Shown in pieces: positions 1 through 12,726 of a DNA stretch of 64,000 bases. Source of the stretch: Antedon mediterranea (lineage: Eukaryota; Animalia; Echinodermata); assembly GCF_964355755.1 (NCBI RefSeq), contig NC_092676.1, positions 16,510,871 to 16,574,870 of the forward strand. The letters run 5' to 3'. The notes beneath the pieces are model-generated. The model ran no database searches. It was not told the origin of the DNA and saw nothing but the letters and a program-made list of their open reading frames with translations. Made by a program: the position numbers and the translations under genes. Position 1 is the stretch's first letter; each line of letters starts with the position of its first letter.

Positions 1-1276
1 AGGCTATTCAAAAAGGCTATATGCTCTAAATTCGGAAGCAGAGAGTGAGAAGATCTAATGACGCGCACTACTGTATTACTATTATGGTTTTTTTCCGCAC
101 TTGCACATCACTGTAAATAGAAATACAGAAAAATTTAGTTTAACATTAAACACAATTTTGTTTTCAAAACTACAAGTAGGCCTACAACGTTATGTTTTGT
201 TAATTAAAATATTGTGTGTATGTCTACTCAACATTTTTATTCTTTTCCTTTCATAATGTTTCTTCGTTTTACTTGCATGGAATAGTCAAGACCTAACATG
301 ATTATGCCTACTGTTTCTTTTATCAATTCTGTTTGTATTTTAAAACTACTAATGTATATCAAACCAGTTCTGTTTATCGTATGGAATGGATTTGGACTGG
401 AATTAATGGAATGGACTCAAAATCAACACGTTTTGTACCTTTTGCGCATTCGTACGTACGTGGGAAATACAGGAAATGCGCGTCAATATTTGCGCGCCCG
501 AAGATAGCACGCATTGTGCGTACATAGAAACACGTATCCCCGTGAAACAATTCACCACACAACAAATAATCATACTTACGAATTCGCTTAGTTGAGAACT
601 ACACGTACGTACAAACTACGCCATTAAATTGCCTGTTTTCTTATCTTAAAGCACGGTTTGTCAACCAAACATTGGTAAGCAATACAAATCAGTTTTTTTT
701 AATCATCGGTAGCATATTTATATATATTTTTAATTGCGGTAAAATGTGAATACTTATAGCCTAGTCTAGGTTCACCATCTAGGATTCAAAGGTTTATCTA
801 GATGTCTTAAAATGTGTATAGGCCTAGTAATAGCCTAATGGCTATGTATTAGACTACTAGTAGAAGTTTAGTTAGTATTTAACTTAGTATAATGATGTCA
901 GGCAATTTGTTAAAAATTAAATCGCACATTTATATTTGTATTTTTCGTTTGTACTCAGCACAGGTTAGATCAGTGCCAAGCCTGTGATAAGAACACGTCA
1001 TAGCTTAATTTAACACTATAGAATAGTTATAATAGGCCTAGTACAGTTATTCAGCATACAAATACACAACCGAATTCTTTTTTTATAGGCAACACATCTA
1101 CATTGTTGATTTTTCTTTTATTTTTTTTAAAGGCAGTTCAATAAAATTATTTAAAAAAAGTCAAATAGGCCTAAATTTTACAATTTTTAAAAAAAATTTC
1201 CATAATTGGGATTTCAATTCATATATTATTTATTTAATTCTATCATTTATGTTTTCAGCTTTCTTTTTGACCAAGG

Positions 1277-3375
1277 ATGGGTAGAAAAAAGAAAAATAAA
1301 GTTCACCCTAACGCCAATAAGCCCGCTGGATCAAGGTAAGCCCAAAATGTAGCCCGCAGTCTGCTGACACAAGCCTCTCGATAATTGAACAGTTTCTACC
1401 CAAAATTTGAAGACGTCATTCAACATCTACAGTACATGTCAAAATTATTCTACGGTAGTCTCTGCAGTAAATATATATTTCATGAAGTAACACATTATTT
1501 TAGTTTACTTCAAAGTGTACGAGACAGTCACTACAATAAATAGTTTGATTACATTCCACCGACGCACCTCACACGAAAATGCTTTTTTTTTTTAAATAAT
1601 TGCATAAACAGTGAACAAAGTGTAGATACTGTAGCTGGAGTACAATAATTTTGGTTTAAAAAAACCAAATACAACATTTTTTTTAAAATAATAAAAGTCT
1701 TTCATTGTGTAATTTTAATTCTAATAATATTTATTGTAGAGAGGATAATGCATCATTTGCAAGCCGCTTCACAACCTTCATCTTTGGAATGTGCATGCTG
1801 AGGCAAGCACCAACAACTGACAGCTATGAGAAAGTTCAGAAAAAAGAACAAGGTTGTCAGACTTCCGGTGTCCAGAATCAGCAGGAGGCGACCACAAAGA
1901 AAGACGCTTGGTGCCAATACTCTTACGCAGATGGCAAGTCAACTCGAAATGCATCTGTTCAAACCAGATCAAAGCGAAAACGGAAAAAGTCGATTGTCAT
2001 GAAAGATTCCTCGTGCCAATACTCCCAACCGGATCCCAAGATAATCTGCCATGCATCTGTTCAGACTGAGGAAAACCAGAAAAAGTCGGTTATGAAAGAT
2101 GCCTCGTGCCAACCGGATCGCAAGACAGCCTGTCATGCATCAGTTCAGACTCTACGCAAAGAGTTAAAGAGTACATCAACGACCACTTCACCAATGAACG
2201 ACGGATTATGCCAAGTCAATGATGCAAGTACCATGACCTCTATGTTGTTGTGTCAATGTGGTGACGCACTCCTGCTTCCTGCCAAAAACCAAGGTGTAAC
2301 TGCAGCAGAAGCTACATCATCTGTATCTAGCTGCTCTAGTAGATCATCCATTCAACCCGATAGTGAATCTGAAGATGAAGAAGACATCAGTACATACACA
2401 AGCCTGATCCGAAAAGTTGCCCAGTGGAAAAAGGGGGTAAATTACAGACTGAAGGACATAGAAGCACTGCTATCATTTGACCTTCCGATTTTTAATGATA
2501 CCATCAAACCTGTCTTATGCAGAGGTAAAGAAATAATTATTGGAAATGGAACATCTGGTTTAATGAAACTAGCAGAGACAATTTCAGAAAGTGGTTCAGC
2601 AACGATGATTGCAGTGAAGTCCATCGATCCGACATCTGTCTTGGAGGAAAAACCAATGTTAATTTATGAAAAGAATTATTACATTAGGAAAGGTTTCATT
2701 GAGGCCAAAATACTTTCAAAATTGTCAGATTGTGTACTCTTCCCAAAGATATATGGCATACATCATGATCCAGATGAGCATATATTGGACATTTATATGG
2801 AACTCTTTAGCATAGGTGATTATTATAATGCTTCACTTCAGGAGTACCTTCAAGAATGCAAAGGCATCAAGAATGAACATTCTCTACTACTATGGCTTCT
2901 CATTGCTTATGACATCACAGCTGGAATCCAGGTCTTGCACATTAACGGATATCTGCACAATAACATTGCATCGCGCAACATTGTTTTGACAAATACGAAG
3001 GAACGACTTTGTGGAAGAATCGTCGATCTTGGTTCCGTATCACTTGCATCTACACAACAACCAAGACTTTACCAAGAAGACTTCAGTAAGGAGGAAGAAC
3101 GAGAAAGATTTTCTTCTATTTGGCCGGAAGTTGCTCCAGAATTTATAACTGGCGACTTGGTCGAGACAACGGCAACCGACATCTACGCTCTGGGAGTTTT
3201 GTTTAAAGAGCTCTATGACCACATTCTTTTACCAGAACTTCATATTTTGAGTCGCGATATGACAGCAGAAGATCCTAGCCAACGCCCATCCGTTAAAGAT
3301 GTTTTAAATAAACTTCACAAGTATATTTGTACAGAGAAGGCAGCACTTGGATTTGGAGATGTGAAATTTGTTTAA
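1277..3375 (+). CDS. Tyrosine-kinase-like protein kinase, probably a pseudokinase; spliced CDS 1277-1335 + 1740-3375 (about 564 aa)
   Basis: ORF 1705-3375 has GNGTSG (G-loop), IAVK, EAKIL, YLHNNIASRN (catalytic loop), DLG, APE and TDIYALG. An upstream exon (ttttcag|1259, ATG at 1277, MGRKKKNKVHP..., donor AG|gtaag at 1335/1336) splices in phase 2 to ttgtag|1740. Possible non-coding exon donor g|gtaagc at 674/675. AATAAA at 3482. Confidence 0.85.
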
Positions 3376-4309
3376 AGTTCATTCAATAATTTTAATATTC
3401 ACTGTTAAAAAATCAACATCTCAGAAAATTAATTTATTTATTATATGGCAGTCACTAATAATTTGTATTTTCATCACCTGGAATAAAGTTGTTTTTAAGG
3501 AAATAAATCCATAACTAATTTAATACTTTGTATTCAGTTTTTCTTCACCATGCTTTTACTAAATTTCTCACAAACAAGACATTTCATGAATAACTTATTA
3601 CTGCTGCATCCATCTTAGATCATTGACGAAGGCTAGGCCAGAAAGCTAGGCTTTTAAATAATTCAGTGCTCTAAATGTGGACGCAGAGTAGAACAGCTAT
3701 AAATGACGCAAACTATAATATGTTGATTTTCGAACGCGAAATCAGTCCAAAAACCTTGCATGGCAACAATTATCAAACTGTTAAAAGAAAAGCTGAATAT
3801 GCATTAGAACCAATTAATTATCCCCATTTAGGTATCTCTTCCCTGGTATAACTAATGGCATGTGATGCGTAATTAACAAATCAAATTGCAAGAACACAAT
3901 CAGGTGTTTATGTATTATAAACAAACCTATTATAGCACTTTGCTAAGGTCATGTGTTCTCCATTGCGCTGATCATTACTTATCTATATTTCTTCTTTGTA
4001 CAGTTTTTCTTCCCTATGTAGAATATCTTGCTCTAATTCTTCGTGACTTGGATGCAATAATCCATTACCAGTTATTATACGTTCCATATTGATGCTGTAT
4101 ATAGCATGCAATGGTAGCATTTTCTTATACGTCTTAAAAAATATATATGCATTAAAAACCCAAAATATTTAAAATTACATAGGCCTACATGAGCAAATTG
4201 GATGCGTTCATGGCAAAGAATAGAGGGTGATATAAACAAGTATTTAAAAAAACCATAGTGCCATTGGCACCATTTATTTGGAAAACCCTAGGCATCAGAA
4301 TTTTATAGT

Positions 4310-4562
4310 AATAATAATAATAGTTCATTCTTATATAGCGCTCTACAAGCAAGCTTCTCTAAGCGGTGAACATTATTACCCCAGTCATTGTTTGGATCAA
4401 ACACCTATGGAAACATACTCCCATAATGCAGCTAGAGTAATCAGCGCGAAGTTGTGTCTTGATCTAACCGGGTGGAGAGAGGCAAACGTAAGTAAAGTAT
4501 CTTGCCTAAGGATATAATCAATGCGGCGAGAGTTGGATTCGAACCTCGGCCACACGCCCTCA
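4310..4562 (-). mobile_element. tRNA-derived SINE with a MIR/CORE-like segment
   Basis: Reverse-strand B-box (ggattcgaacc at about 4535), core-like aagtatcttgcctaagga, and an (ATA)n tail at about 4310. Confidence 0.5.
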
Positions 4563-5389
4563 CATGTAGTATATTATGCAACCACCAGCTTTCCATGTGA
4601 AAAAAATGGTTTTGAAAAAAAAACTATTTCATGGAATTCTTTAGATTTTTACTGTACGTACATGGGCGAAAATACGGAAAATATACAGCTTAGTTAGTCT
4701 CATCCGAAAAGTATAAAAGGCATACTAGTTGATTCACGCACTTAAGCCTACCTTAAGTGTATCTTGCAGGTCATATAGTGACATGGGTTTACGTGGTGGT
4801 TGGATGCCCCCATTGCTGCTTGCATCACAGCCTGAGCCTCAGCTTCCTCAACCAAGGGCCGGCTGCTTATTTGCGATCTGCCTATGAAGTGAATCCACTG
4901 TTAGTGGGCATCCTAAAACAAATAAATTACAAACTAATAGAAAATTTGATTTTATTATTGACAAGAACAATTGAATGGCAGACAAAAAAAAACTTGAAAA
5001 TGTCCAAAGTATGTATGTTATTCAGGCAGTGTCGTAAAGTAGAGACCTGAGACCATGGTTTAGAAACCCTAAGTGACCATCCAACGTTAGATGCCACGGG
5101 TGTTTTTAACATTTTTTGACATTTGAATGCTTGTTTTCTTCTCTAGGCACTGTTCAGGGGCCCTCATAAACTCTGGGTCCCTGGGTTTAGCCAGTGAGCG
5201 CTTATAGCTGTTACACAACAGGTTAAAGGATTTCATAGCCCTTTATATTATAGTGCCTCTATTGATGTTGCCTATACAATGTCAGTTAAATAATAAAAGT
5301 CAGATTTATTATAACTACAAAGCAAAAAAAAATCTTCAGGATTGTATTGTCCTTTATATTTTCAATAGAGCCTCCCTAACTTGACACTG

Positions 5390-5900
5390 GCCACAATATC
5401 AAGTTTATTAATGAGGCAGCAGCTAAACAACTTGTTCATGCTTTTGTTGTCACTTCATGGGATAGGGGAAACTCATTGCTATATGGGCAACCACAAAAAA
5501 AACTCCACAGGCTTCAGCTGATTCAAAATACAGCGCGCGGCATGAGTTGTTAAAAAATTACCAAGATATGGACACATATCAAATAGCTTGGAAACATTGC
5601 ATTGGCTACCTGTTAGGTACCGCATTGTTTTTAAAATATTACTCTTTGTTTTGAAGTTTATAAATGGCATAGCTCCTGAATATATTTCTGACATGCTTAG
5701 GCTGTATGTTCCCGGACGTAATCTGCGTTCTACTGATACGCTGCTTCTACATAAAGTCTCACCACTCGTGGGGAGACAGAGCTTTCACCGTTACTACTCC
5801 TCGTCTATGGAATGCTCTACCGAGCTCTATAAGATTTTGCAAAACTGTTGATATTTTTTTTAAATTATTAAAAAAACACATTTATTCCTTAAGGCACATG
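5390..5900 (+). pseudogene. Degenerate 3' fragment of an L2/CR1-group LINE reverse transcriptase
   Basis: Frameshifted peptides LHWLPVRYRIVFKILL, APEYISDML and WGDRAFTVTTPRLWNALP, typical of a LINE ORF2 C-terminus. Confidence 0.8.
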
Positions 5901-6399
5901 GAAATCATGAGGTTTCTTAAAGTTCTAGACTTAGAATTGTATAGTATACTTTTTCCTGGCCAGCATTATATTTGGGTTGCCTCTGTCTTGGTTGTTGTCT
6001 CTGAGCAACCGGTTTTCTGTGGCAAGGCAAATGTGTATCCTGCTCCTTTGATTGGTCACCTAGGTAGGGGTCCGGGACCGCGATAGAACGAGAACGGATG
6101 GGGACCCTTTCAAAGAAATTTTATTTGTCAGGAATTTGTATGATTTGTTTTTTTATTTTTTAAATGCGCCTTGAGCACTGTGCACTATAAATCCTGTTAT
6201 TATTATGTGTTGCTCCCCGGCTACGGCTTCCTACGTGGGAAGAGAGTAAACTCTCTTCCGCCGAAAACTTTCGCATTTTCCGGTCCTCACTCAAAAAGGA
6301 TTTCATTCAGGCCCGCCCACCTAGCTTTGTATCAACAGCGAGCAGTATTTGCAAGCAAATAGCAGTTCCCGTCTGACAGACGACAACAGGATCCGCATC

Positions 6400-6863
6400 T
6401 TTAGTAGATCAAAGTCAGGATGGCTAAGGACAGTGTAATGAAAGAGTACAACGTCGTGCGACTAAATTAGTTCCATGTATCCGTTCATATTCATATGAAG
6501 ATCGACTAAAGCTTCTTGGCCTAACAACCTTGTACGACAGAAGAATTCGAGGTGACCTGATTGAAGCATATAAAATTGTTGAAAATTTCGAGGGTGTAGC
6601 CAAGGATGACTTTTTCCAAATGAGAAGTAACATTAGCCGAATTACTCGAGGACATCACCTGAGATTTTTCAAGCCTATTTTCCATAAAGGATTGAACTGT
6701 AGAAGACATACCTTCTCGCAACGAGTAATAAACCATTGGAACAGTTTACCAGCTGACGTTCTGAGACCACTAACACCTTCAAGAATCGCATCGACACAAT
6801 GTAGTTGATATGGGGTTAAAAAGGCATTCGCCTAAACTTTCCCATTACAACTAAACTAAACTA
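6400..6863 (+). pseudogene. 3' fragment of a CR1-type LINE with (AACTA)n tail
   Basis: ERVQRRATKLVP, RRIRGDLIEAYKI, TRGH and FSQRVINHWNSLP motifs, followed by caactaaactaaacta. Confidence 0.8.
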
Positions 6864-7029
6864 GTCAACACCGGCTATCAGCGACTCGTTACTGTGGACT
6901 CAGCTTGCTGGAGGGAGAATGAGAAGATGACCTTTTTTTTACACTCATCATCGATTTGATTAGATGTCAATAATGTCTTCCCCAACACAATAAAAAATAA
7001 AAAAGTTTTCCAATCAGAAACATAAAAAA

Positions 7030-8540
7030 AAACTAGATTTAATTCGTCACTATGACGAATTATAGGTTATATGCATTGATTTAAATAAAGATAATTTTTT
7101 AAAGATATATTGATTGATTGATTGATTGATTGATTTTCTCAGAATCTTTAATTATTTTAATATATTATAAGATCTTGCTAACGGGAATACAATAGCCGGT
7201 ATCACAATCCGATCAAAGATCCCTCTGCGTATAATGTCATAAACCACATTGTTACATAAGTAATGAAGACATTACTTACATTTTATATAGATTTCATTAT
7301 AAATTATGTGTATAATCTATACACTAAAAATAAAATTGAACAAACAATACGGATAATAAAAAAAAAATCTTATTTCGTTTCCCAAGGTGAGACTCGATCT
7401 CGGTACCTTGAGTGCCATAGACACGAACACAGACCACCGAGCCATACACAACTGATTTAAAGTTGTAGAAAGATTCCTCCATGTATTTACTATGCAGTAA
7501 CCACTTTGGTGGAAATAGATTATTACATACCGCAATGAATTATAATTTTTTACTATCATGACATCTTTAAAAATGTAAAAAATGAAGCACTGTCAAACTA
7601 TATACTTTTAACTTTAATATATGAACTTTTCAGGGAAGAAAGTTAATGTTAAGTTTGTTATTTTGGCCAAGAAAATGTCATAATTTGTTTGATTGTCGAA
7701 ATTAATTAAAAAAAATTTAATATGCAATTAATGATGACTTAATCAACTTTTGTTCTCTTAATTTCATAATAAATCATACATATGATACATACACTTCAAG
7801 AAAATAAAATAAAAAATAGGTGTTCCCGAGTATTCTGACGATCTATATTAATTCAAAAATTTAGCATATTTTCACCATTTTGTTAACTTACACGTGCGTA
7901 GCCTGTCACTTAAATTTAGCGTTGAAAAGTGAATAAAATATGATGATATTATTAAAGAAAGGTTGTACAACAGAAATCGGACAAAAATAGTGCGCATTAA
8001 CGTTTAACGCGCAGTGCGCGTGCAAAAATCTGCATTCATCGAAAATAAATTTTGACAATTTTGAACATTTTAAGCGCGCGTACGCATGCGTTATATGCGC
8101 TACGCACGTAATTGTATTGCCATATGATGAAATATGACCTGAAATTTATGAGTACCAAATTTTGTTTAAAAGTGATTCATGCTTGTGAAGATATGATTAC
8201 AAACGTGATTTCGTTAAATCGTAATGATTGATTGCGCACCGTGAAAACATAACCACATCGATTCCTGGCCATAAGGAATATACTCTGAAAAATTGACTTA
8301 GCTAGATGAAACTGATGCCAAGATAATTCACGGACAAAATAGTGCTAAGGAAAGAATAAATAAACAAACTAGATTTAATTCGTCACTATGACGAATTATA
8401 GGTAATATGCATTGATTTAAATAAAGATAATTGATTGATTTAAGATATATTGATTGATTGATTTTCTCAGAATTTTATTTAGATTTCATTATAAATCATC
8501 TGTATAATCTATACACTAAAAAATACAATTGAACATTCAA
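7030..8540. repeat. Composite interspersed repeat: duplicated aactagatttaattcgtcactatgacgaatt ends (about 7031 and 8367), a SINE-like head at about 7375-7450, and a segment shared with 62280-62780
   Basis: Direct duplication with (ATTG)n microsatellite. 7880-8330 matches 62300-62780 in reverse orientation and partly matches 35110-35280 and 60275-60400. Confidence 0.55.
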
Positions 8541-8854
8541 TTAAAAGATTTAAAAGTTTGAGAATTTCAAATCATTTTAATTAAGATTGTGCCCTAAACT
8601 CATAAATGTCTAAGGCCTTCACATTATTCATTAATTCATTTATTTGGTCAAAGACATTATTATAATATACAGTTCAAAAGTATAAAAATGCTAAAATAGA
8701 GTAAAAAAAGAAAATCAGTAAAACAAGTGCTAAAAGAGTAAAACACTAATAATTGTAAAAATTACATTTAAAAAGTGATAAGGCTAAAACATTGTTTTAT
8801 CTAAAGTTCAAATTAAGTGTGAAAAGAAGCAGGATACCGCGGCCGAACCGTGAT

Positions 8855-9855
8855 TTAGCTGCTTAACAGTTTGTGGAGGTAGTCGCCGGCAATGCATGAC
8901 GCGTCGTAACCCTTAATTTTCTTGAGAATTTCGTTGGCATAGAACAGTCCAGTCTGCATAGGATTCATCTCGAAACGATGCTGGTAAAGCGTCTGTTCTT
9001 TGTCGTGGAGCACAAAGAAAATGTTCCCATTGTTCAATCCGTACTGAAAAATAAAAAACGAAAATAAATGCATGATTTTTAGCCTACAGAATGTCCCCCA
9101 TTACCTATACAATTATACAGTTCTGGCATTGTTCTATTGTGCCACGACACTATCCGCAAATTATGATGGCTAGCTAACTTTCTATTAAACTACCGTATAT
9201 ATACGAGTCACCTCTTCATTTTGTGAATATACAACGGCAATTCTTTGAAAACCGGGTTCTATATAAGAGCAACATTTCAAGACGGATATATTTTTAACTT
9301 GGTAGTTTTTACAGTTTTTCAGCCCTCCTAATGAAAATTATTCATCATTATTGCAAAAGAGTTGAACAAAAATGCCCATAGCCACAATAGCTATCGCCTT
9401 TTTGCAGTCAAGTCGGCCAGGCATGGCTAGTTTTAAGGTTAGTGGTCACCAATTAGTTTGAAATTAAACAGGTTTAGATTTCAATTTTTTTTGTACGAAG
9501 AGAACGGCCTGTTATGGTCACGCGATGTAGGTTGGAAAGGCTGGAAGAAAATAATTATGACTGGCTAAGATTGGAACATAGGAACAGGTATAGACGAAAG
9601 AGATGAGAAATGCACAGCTGTCCTTACCTGGAGCTTGCTGTCAAGCTGGAGAGGCTTCGGAATATCCCAATCCGATTGGACGAAAACAACTATGATTTTT
9701 CCATTGCTCATCTTGTAGTGACACTCCCTGTATGTTTGGGAGCGATCTCCCCAAAACCCTAAGATGCAACCCTGTTTCCAATGGATTGTCTTGGTAGCTA
9801 CAACACTATCAAACTGAGCAGTTTGCCCTGAAAAAGCAGCTGATATGGCAGCCAT
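8855..9855 (-). CDS. Two-exon uncharacterised protein, 138 aa (9855-9628 + 9043-8855)
   Basis: Acceptor ttttcag|9861, Kozak-like accATGg, donor CAG|gtaagg, phase-0 join to acceptor tttatttttcag|9043, stop at 8855, and AATAAA on the minus strand at about 8639-8644. Confidence 0.75.
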
Positions 9856-10698
9856 GGTGCTCTGAAAATATGAAATAAATGTATGTGATTATTATTCATG
9901 TTATACATCTGATCGTCCATGTAACTGATTGTCCGCCTGCCTATCTGACACCACAAAAGGTGAAATGTACGGCATGAATAATATTGTGTTTCTTTCACAA
10001 GGTCATCGTTCATTCCATTACAAAAGGTAGGTATGCACAGGCGGACGCTCAGCTATGGCAGACTTTCAGTTTTAATACACACCGGCATGTGTGTAAACAG
10101 GATGAGCATAATACACTATATGAAGAGTTCTTGCGCAAAGCACAGTAAGTCCATTTGACCTCTTTTGTAAAAGAAAGAAAGAATTGAATAAAATCGTCAG
10201 GTCTTGCTTTCACTGGTGGTCTGGAACTTATTGTCAGTAGCAAATGTTAGCAACAACTATGTCAAAACGGCGCTTATATACATCAAAGAGCCCCTCCCTT
10301 AGTTTTCTAATTGGTTGATCATTTGAATCATTTCTCACCTGTTGATTGGTTAAATGTAGGGGTATGAGACCTAATCGACAATAATCATCCCAACATATTT
10401 CCGTTAAAATCAATATTTCGTTTTCAGAAGAAAGATAAAAAAAATATATTTCTGATTTAAAAATACGGCACATTCAATTGTTTATTAATACGTTATACAT
10501 TTTTTGGCACAATTTTGCTTCTACGTTCACAATAACTGGATCATTTAGACGAAAGTCAGGTTTTTGATAACATGCTTTCATGTGTAAAATGTATTAAATT
10601 ATTATTATTTAACATCAAAGTATTACTTTTACTTTTGACGTGTTTGATGGCTGGGTATATCGTGGGCAATAAAATTATCGTTTTAGCTGTTCAATAAT

Positions 10699-11801
10699 GG
10701 GTGTCACGAAAGCTCAGACCACGAAAGCTCAGACCCCCTAAGACCTAAGATCACGAAAGCTAAGACCCAACACCTAAGATTACAATTCAAATATTTATCT
10801 TTCGCACCTGCCTTGTATTTTAACTCCCAACATTTATTATGAATACCACACCTTGAATTGGCATTTTCATGAAAAAGAATCACATAAAAAGTAACAAATA
10901 CATTTTTAAATTGATGATTTTACAGACGTTTTTCTCGCACACAAAATGACTAGCCTACAGTACAGTAGGCCTACCCCATGGGCCATGTTCAATGTTTTTG
11001 TTTCTATGGAACGTCAAAAGAGCAAAAATTATATAGAGAGCTGAAAACTCTGTGGAGTCCATCTACAGTGTGGATGGAACAATGTAAAATTAAAATTGTA
11101 ATGATAATAGTATAATCATGCAAGTACGAAGAAATAAATACTGGCAAATAAATTTTAATTTAAAAATCATGATAAGTTTTTTTGTTTCGTTTTCTTTCTG
11201 TTTTTATACTTGTACTATTATTGTTGCTCTTTTGGCGCTCCATAGAAACAAAAACATTGAGCGTGGGGAGCTCGAGGAGTTAAATTGTCATTACAGCATG
11301 GCAGTATACAGTACAAAGAAACACATCTGTAAAATCATCAATTTAAAGGATTTATTTATTTGTTATTATGTATTTCTCCTTCTGAAAGTACTTATAAGTC
11401 CTAATTTTAAAGTGTGGTGTTCAGGATAAAGTTAGTCAACAAATTTGGAGTCAAAATACAAGAAAGGCAGGTGCGTAAGAAAAACATCCTCTGAACCAAC
11501 ACAATGGAGTAAATATATACCAACAAACAACCCGTCAAGTTTGTTTGTTGTAAAGAAAAAATATACATTTACTCAACGGACGAAAATAATGTGAGTTTAT
11601 CTATGTTTTGCGGTAGTATTAAATTATATTTATGGTAATAAATGAAACCTACTGTGTTTAAAATTATGTATGGATAAACAAGTATTGTTTTTAAGCTGTA
11701 GTATATCTTAGTATTTGTAATCTTAGGTGTTGGGTCTTAGCTTTCGTGATCTTAGGTCTTAGGGGGTCTGAGGTTTCGTGGTCTGAGGTTTCGTGACACC
11801 C
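10699..11801. mobile_element. Non-autonomous MULE-like foldback element
   Basis: TIRs GGGTGTCACGAAA.../...TTTCGTGACACCC. Further internal inverted segments extend to about 11010/11240. Exact 10-bp TSD GTTCAATAAT at 10689-10698 and 11802-11811. Confidence 0.85.
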
Positions 11802-11853
11802 GTTCAATAATATATGACGAGCATTGTATTCGACCCGTTAAGTGCCGTTCTAA

Positions 11854-12032
11854 AGCGTGGTTCCCACTAGTGACGCAACACAAGGACGTAACGCAACGCA
11901 AGTGAATTGACCAATCACAAGCGATGGCTTATTCGCTTGTGATTGCTAACTGTCTATAACTTCGCTTGTCATTGGTTAAAACACTTGCGTTGCGTTTACA
12001 TCCTTGCGTTACGTTCTAGTGGGAACCAAGCT
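11854..12032. mobile_element. PIF/Harbinger-like MITE (179 bp)
   Basis: TIR AGCGTGGTTCCCACTAG/CTAGTGGGAACCAAGCT with TAA TSD. Paralogous empty site gttctaaaccc at about 14652. Second copy at 30167-30345. Confidence 0.85.
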
Positions 12033-12726
12033 TAAACCCAGATACGCTAAGATATTAATCTTGTTATAACAAAATTAGAATAACGGTACTGACTTGCATA
12101 GATTATTTTTCAAAATTGAAAGTATGTATTTATAAAAAAAAATTGAATGGAGATGGTATTGCGTAGGTATTCTCAACACAGGATATTATCGTTAGTTACA
12201 AAGGAACCAGTGTCCTTGCTAACAGGTTCTTCGTGGAACTTATTAAAAATAAAATGTGTATAAAGAATCGTTCACAACATTGCTGATACAATACAATCAC
12301 GACTTAATCATCACCATTGTCAATACAGATCCGTAGTGTTAGTAAACAGACTGCTACATAAGCCATTCGCTATAACGAAACACTATACAAAAACACTCGC
12401 TACACTAGGCCTAGCTACTAGCAGCACTATGTAGCATATGCCTAAACAACTTAGGCGTATGTTTATTTAATACACTTTTTTTGCGAAACAGTATTTATAG
12501 CTAGCGTGAGCCTAGGTGGTATAAAAAGAAAACATGAAGTGTTTTTAAATATAGACTTTTTGCATAATTTGTGTGTATATTTTTTTTTTGCCGGTAGCAC
12601 CACTTTGGTCTGGAAAAAAAATTCCTACTAACCTACCCATTGTTAGGAAATACCCAAAACGTGGCAAACACAATCATTTTTTTAATTGAATAACTGACTG
12701 GAAGCAAAATATTTACACGATAGGCC

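Noticed and set aside
298-565. Overlapping 63-69-aa ORFs upstream of the kinase, and most other short ORFs in the track
   Set aside because: They have no motifs or splice support and are expected by chance or lie antisense to TE ORFs.
4750-4912. Exon-like segment on the minus strand with good acceptor and donor
   Set aside because: All three frames contain stops. It is at most a non-coding or pseudo-exon, and I could not link it to a gene.
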